Source of the DNA: a virus
Taxonomy: Duplodnaviria; Caudoviricetes
Length of the DNA stretch: 35,899 nucleotides
Direction: 5' to 3' (one strand)
Virus record (IMG/VR): IMGVR_UViG_3300046832_000788
Coordinates: 1 to 35,899 of that record
Shown here: in pieces, positions 35,538 through 35,899 of the stretch
Position numbering within the stretch: the stretch's first letter is position 1
How the letters are laid out: each line of letters starts with the position of its first letter
Program-made: the position numbers and the translations under genes
Notes under the pieces: generated by a model
Told to the model about the DNA's origin: nothing
Database searches by the model: none
Seen by the model: the letters and a program-made list of their open reading frames with translations, nothing else

Positions 35538-35899
35538 TTACTCTTCTTGTATAAACGTGTGAATGTTACCGCCAGAGTAGATGTCATGCTTGATAGCAAT
35601 TTCTACTGCACGATAAACAATCTTCTCAGCTTCCTTTGCGCTCTTACACTTTTGATAGTTAAGAGCTTCAAGAACGCCGAGAGCTAGATCCGAACCGCTA
35701 CCTGAATGATAAACGTTTCGTTCTTCTCTGTCCCAGGAGTAATCTTCGTAAATTGGGTAAAGAACTCCGTGTATTGAAACAATGAACTCTGAATCGTGAG
35801 CCGCAGCTTCACCATCAGCCTTCATGTCGTATCCGGACTCGATAAAAACCTTACGCATAGACGGAATAAATGTTTTCGTCATGAATACGTCAAGGTCTT
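35538..35899 (-). CDS. Ntn-hydrolase, proteasome beta/HslV-like peptidase (5' truncated)
   Basis: SGSGSDLALGVL...AVEIAIKHDIYSGG matches the C-terminal motifs of this fold. The frame stays open to the window edge (..DLDVFMTKTF), so the catalytic N-terminal Thr is not visible. Confidence 0.72.
   Translation of the reverse strand, partial: DLDVFMTKTFIPSMRKVFIESGYDMKADGEAAAHDSEFIVSIHGVLYPIYEDYSWDREERNVYHSGSGSDLALGVLEALNYQKCKSAKEAEKIVYRAVEIAIKHDIYSGGNIHTFIQEE

Noticed and set aside
1-35899. CRISPR array, tRNA/rRNA, integrase/transposase, intein or DGR
   Set aside because: I saw no regularly spaced repeats, cloverleafs, recombinase or reverse transcriptase motifs, or intein splice motifs. This was checked by eye only; tRNAscan and similar tools were not run.
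1-35899. Stop-codon reassignment
   Set aside because: Genes are long and tightly packed under the standard code, and TAA, TAG and TGA all terminate credible genes.

Overview
This window is a 35.9-kb piece of a tailed dsDNA phage genome with siphovirus morphology. Every credible gene is on the minus strand. The gene repertoire, leaderless starts and moderate GC suggest an actinobacterial host, possibly freshwater, which is inference. In transcription order (right to left) it encodes: a truncated Ntn/proteasome-beta-like protease, a dual-specificity phosphatase, an HDAC/AcuC-family deacetylase, the large terminase, ~4.5 kb of small accessory genes (including a secreted lytic transglycosylase with a structured leader and a PG-binding protein), portal, ~13 kb of unusual multi-domain head-region proteins, major capsid, tail genes, tape measure, Dit and a truncated baseplate hub. 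The strongest candidate for an undescribed system is the head region. There, a Dps/metal-binding fusion, a 1836-aa GNAT + HipA/PI3K-like kinase protein and a multi-domain prohead protease share recurring hydrophobic-(T/V/I)-A-(A/S/G) junction motifs, and two of them carry RDxxG(K/R)(F/W) motifs. This is consistent with protease-processed capsid cargo. The cargo 'writers' (kinase, acetyltransferase) are matched by 'erasers' (phosphatase, deacetylase) encoded next to the terminase. All family calls come from motif recognition by eye; no database search was run.
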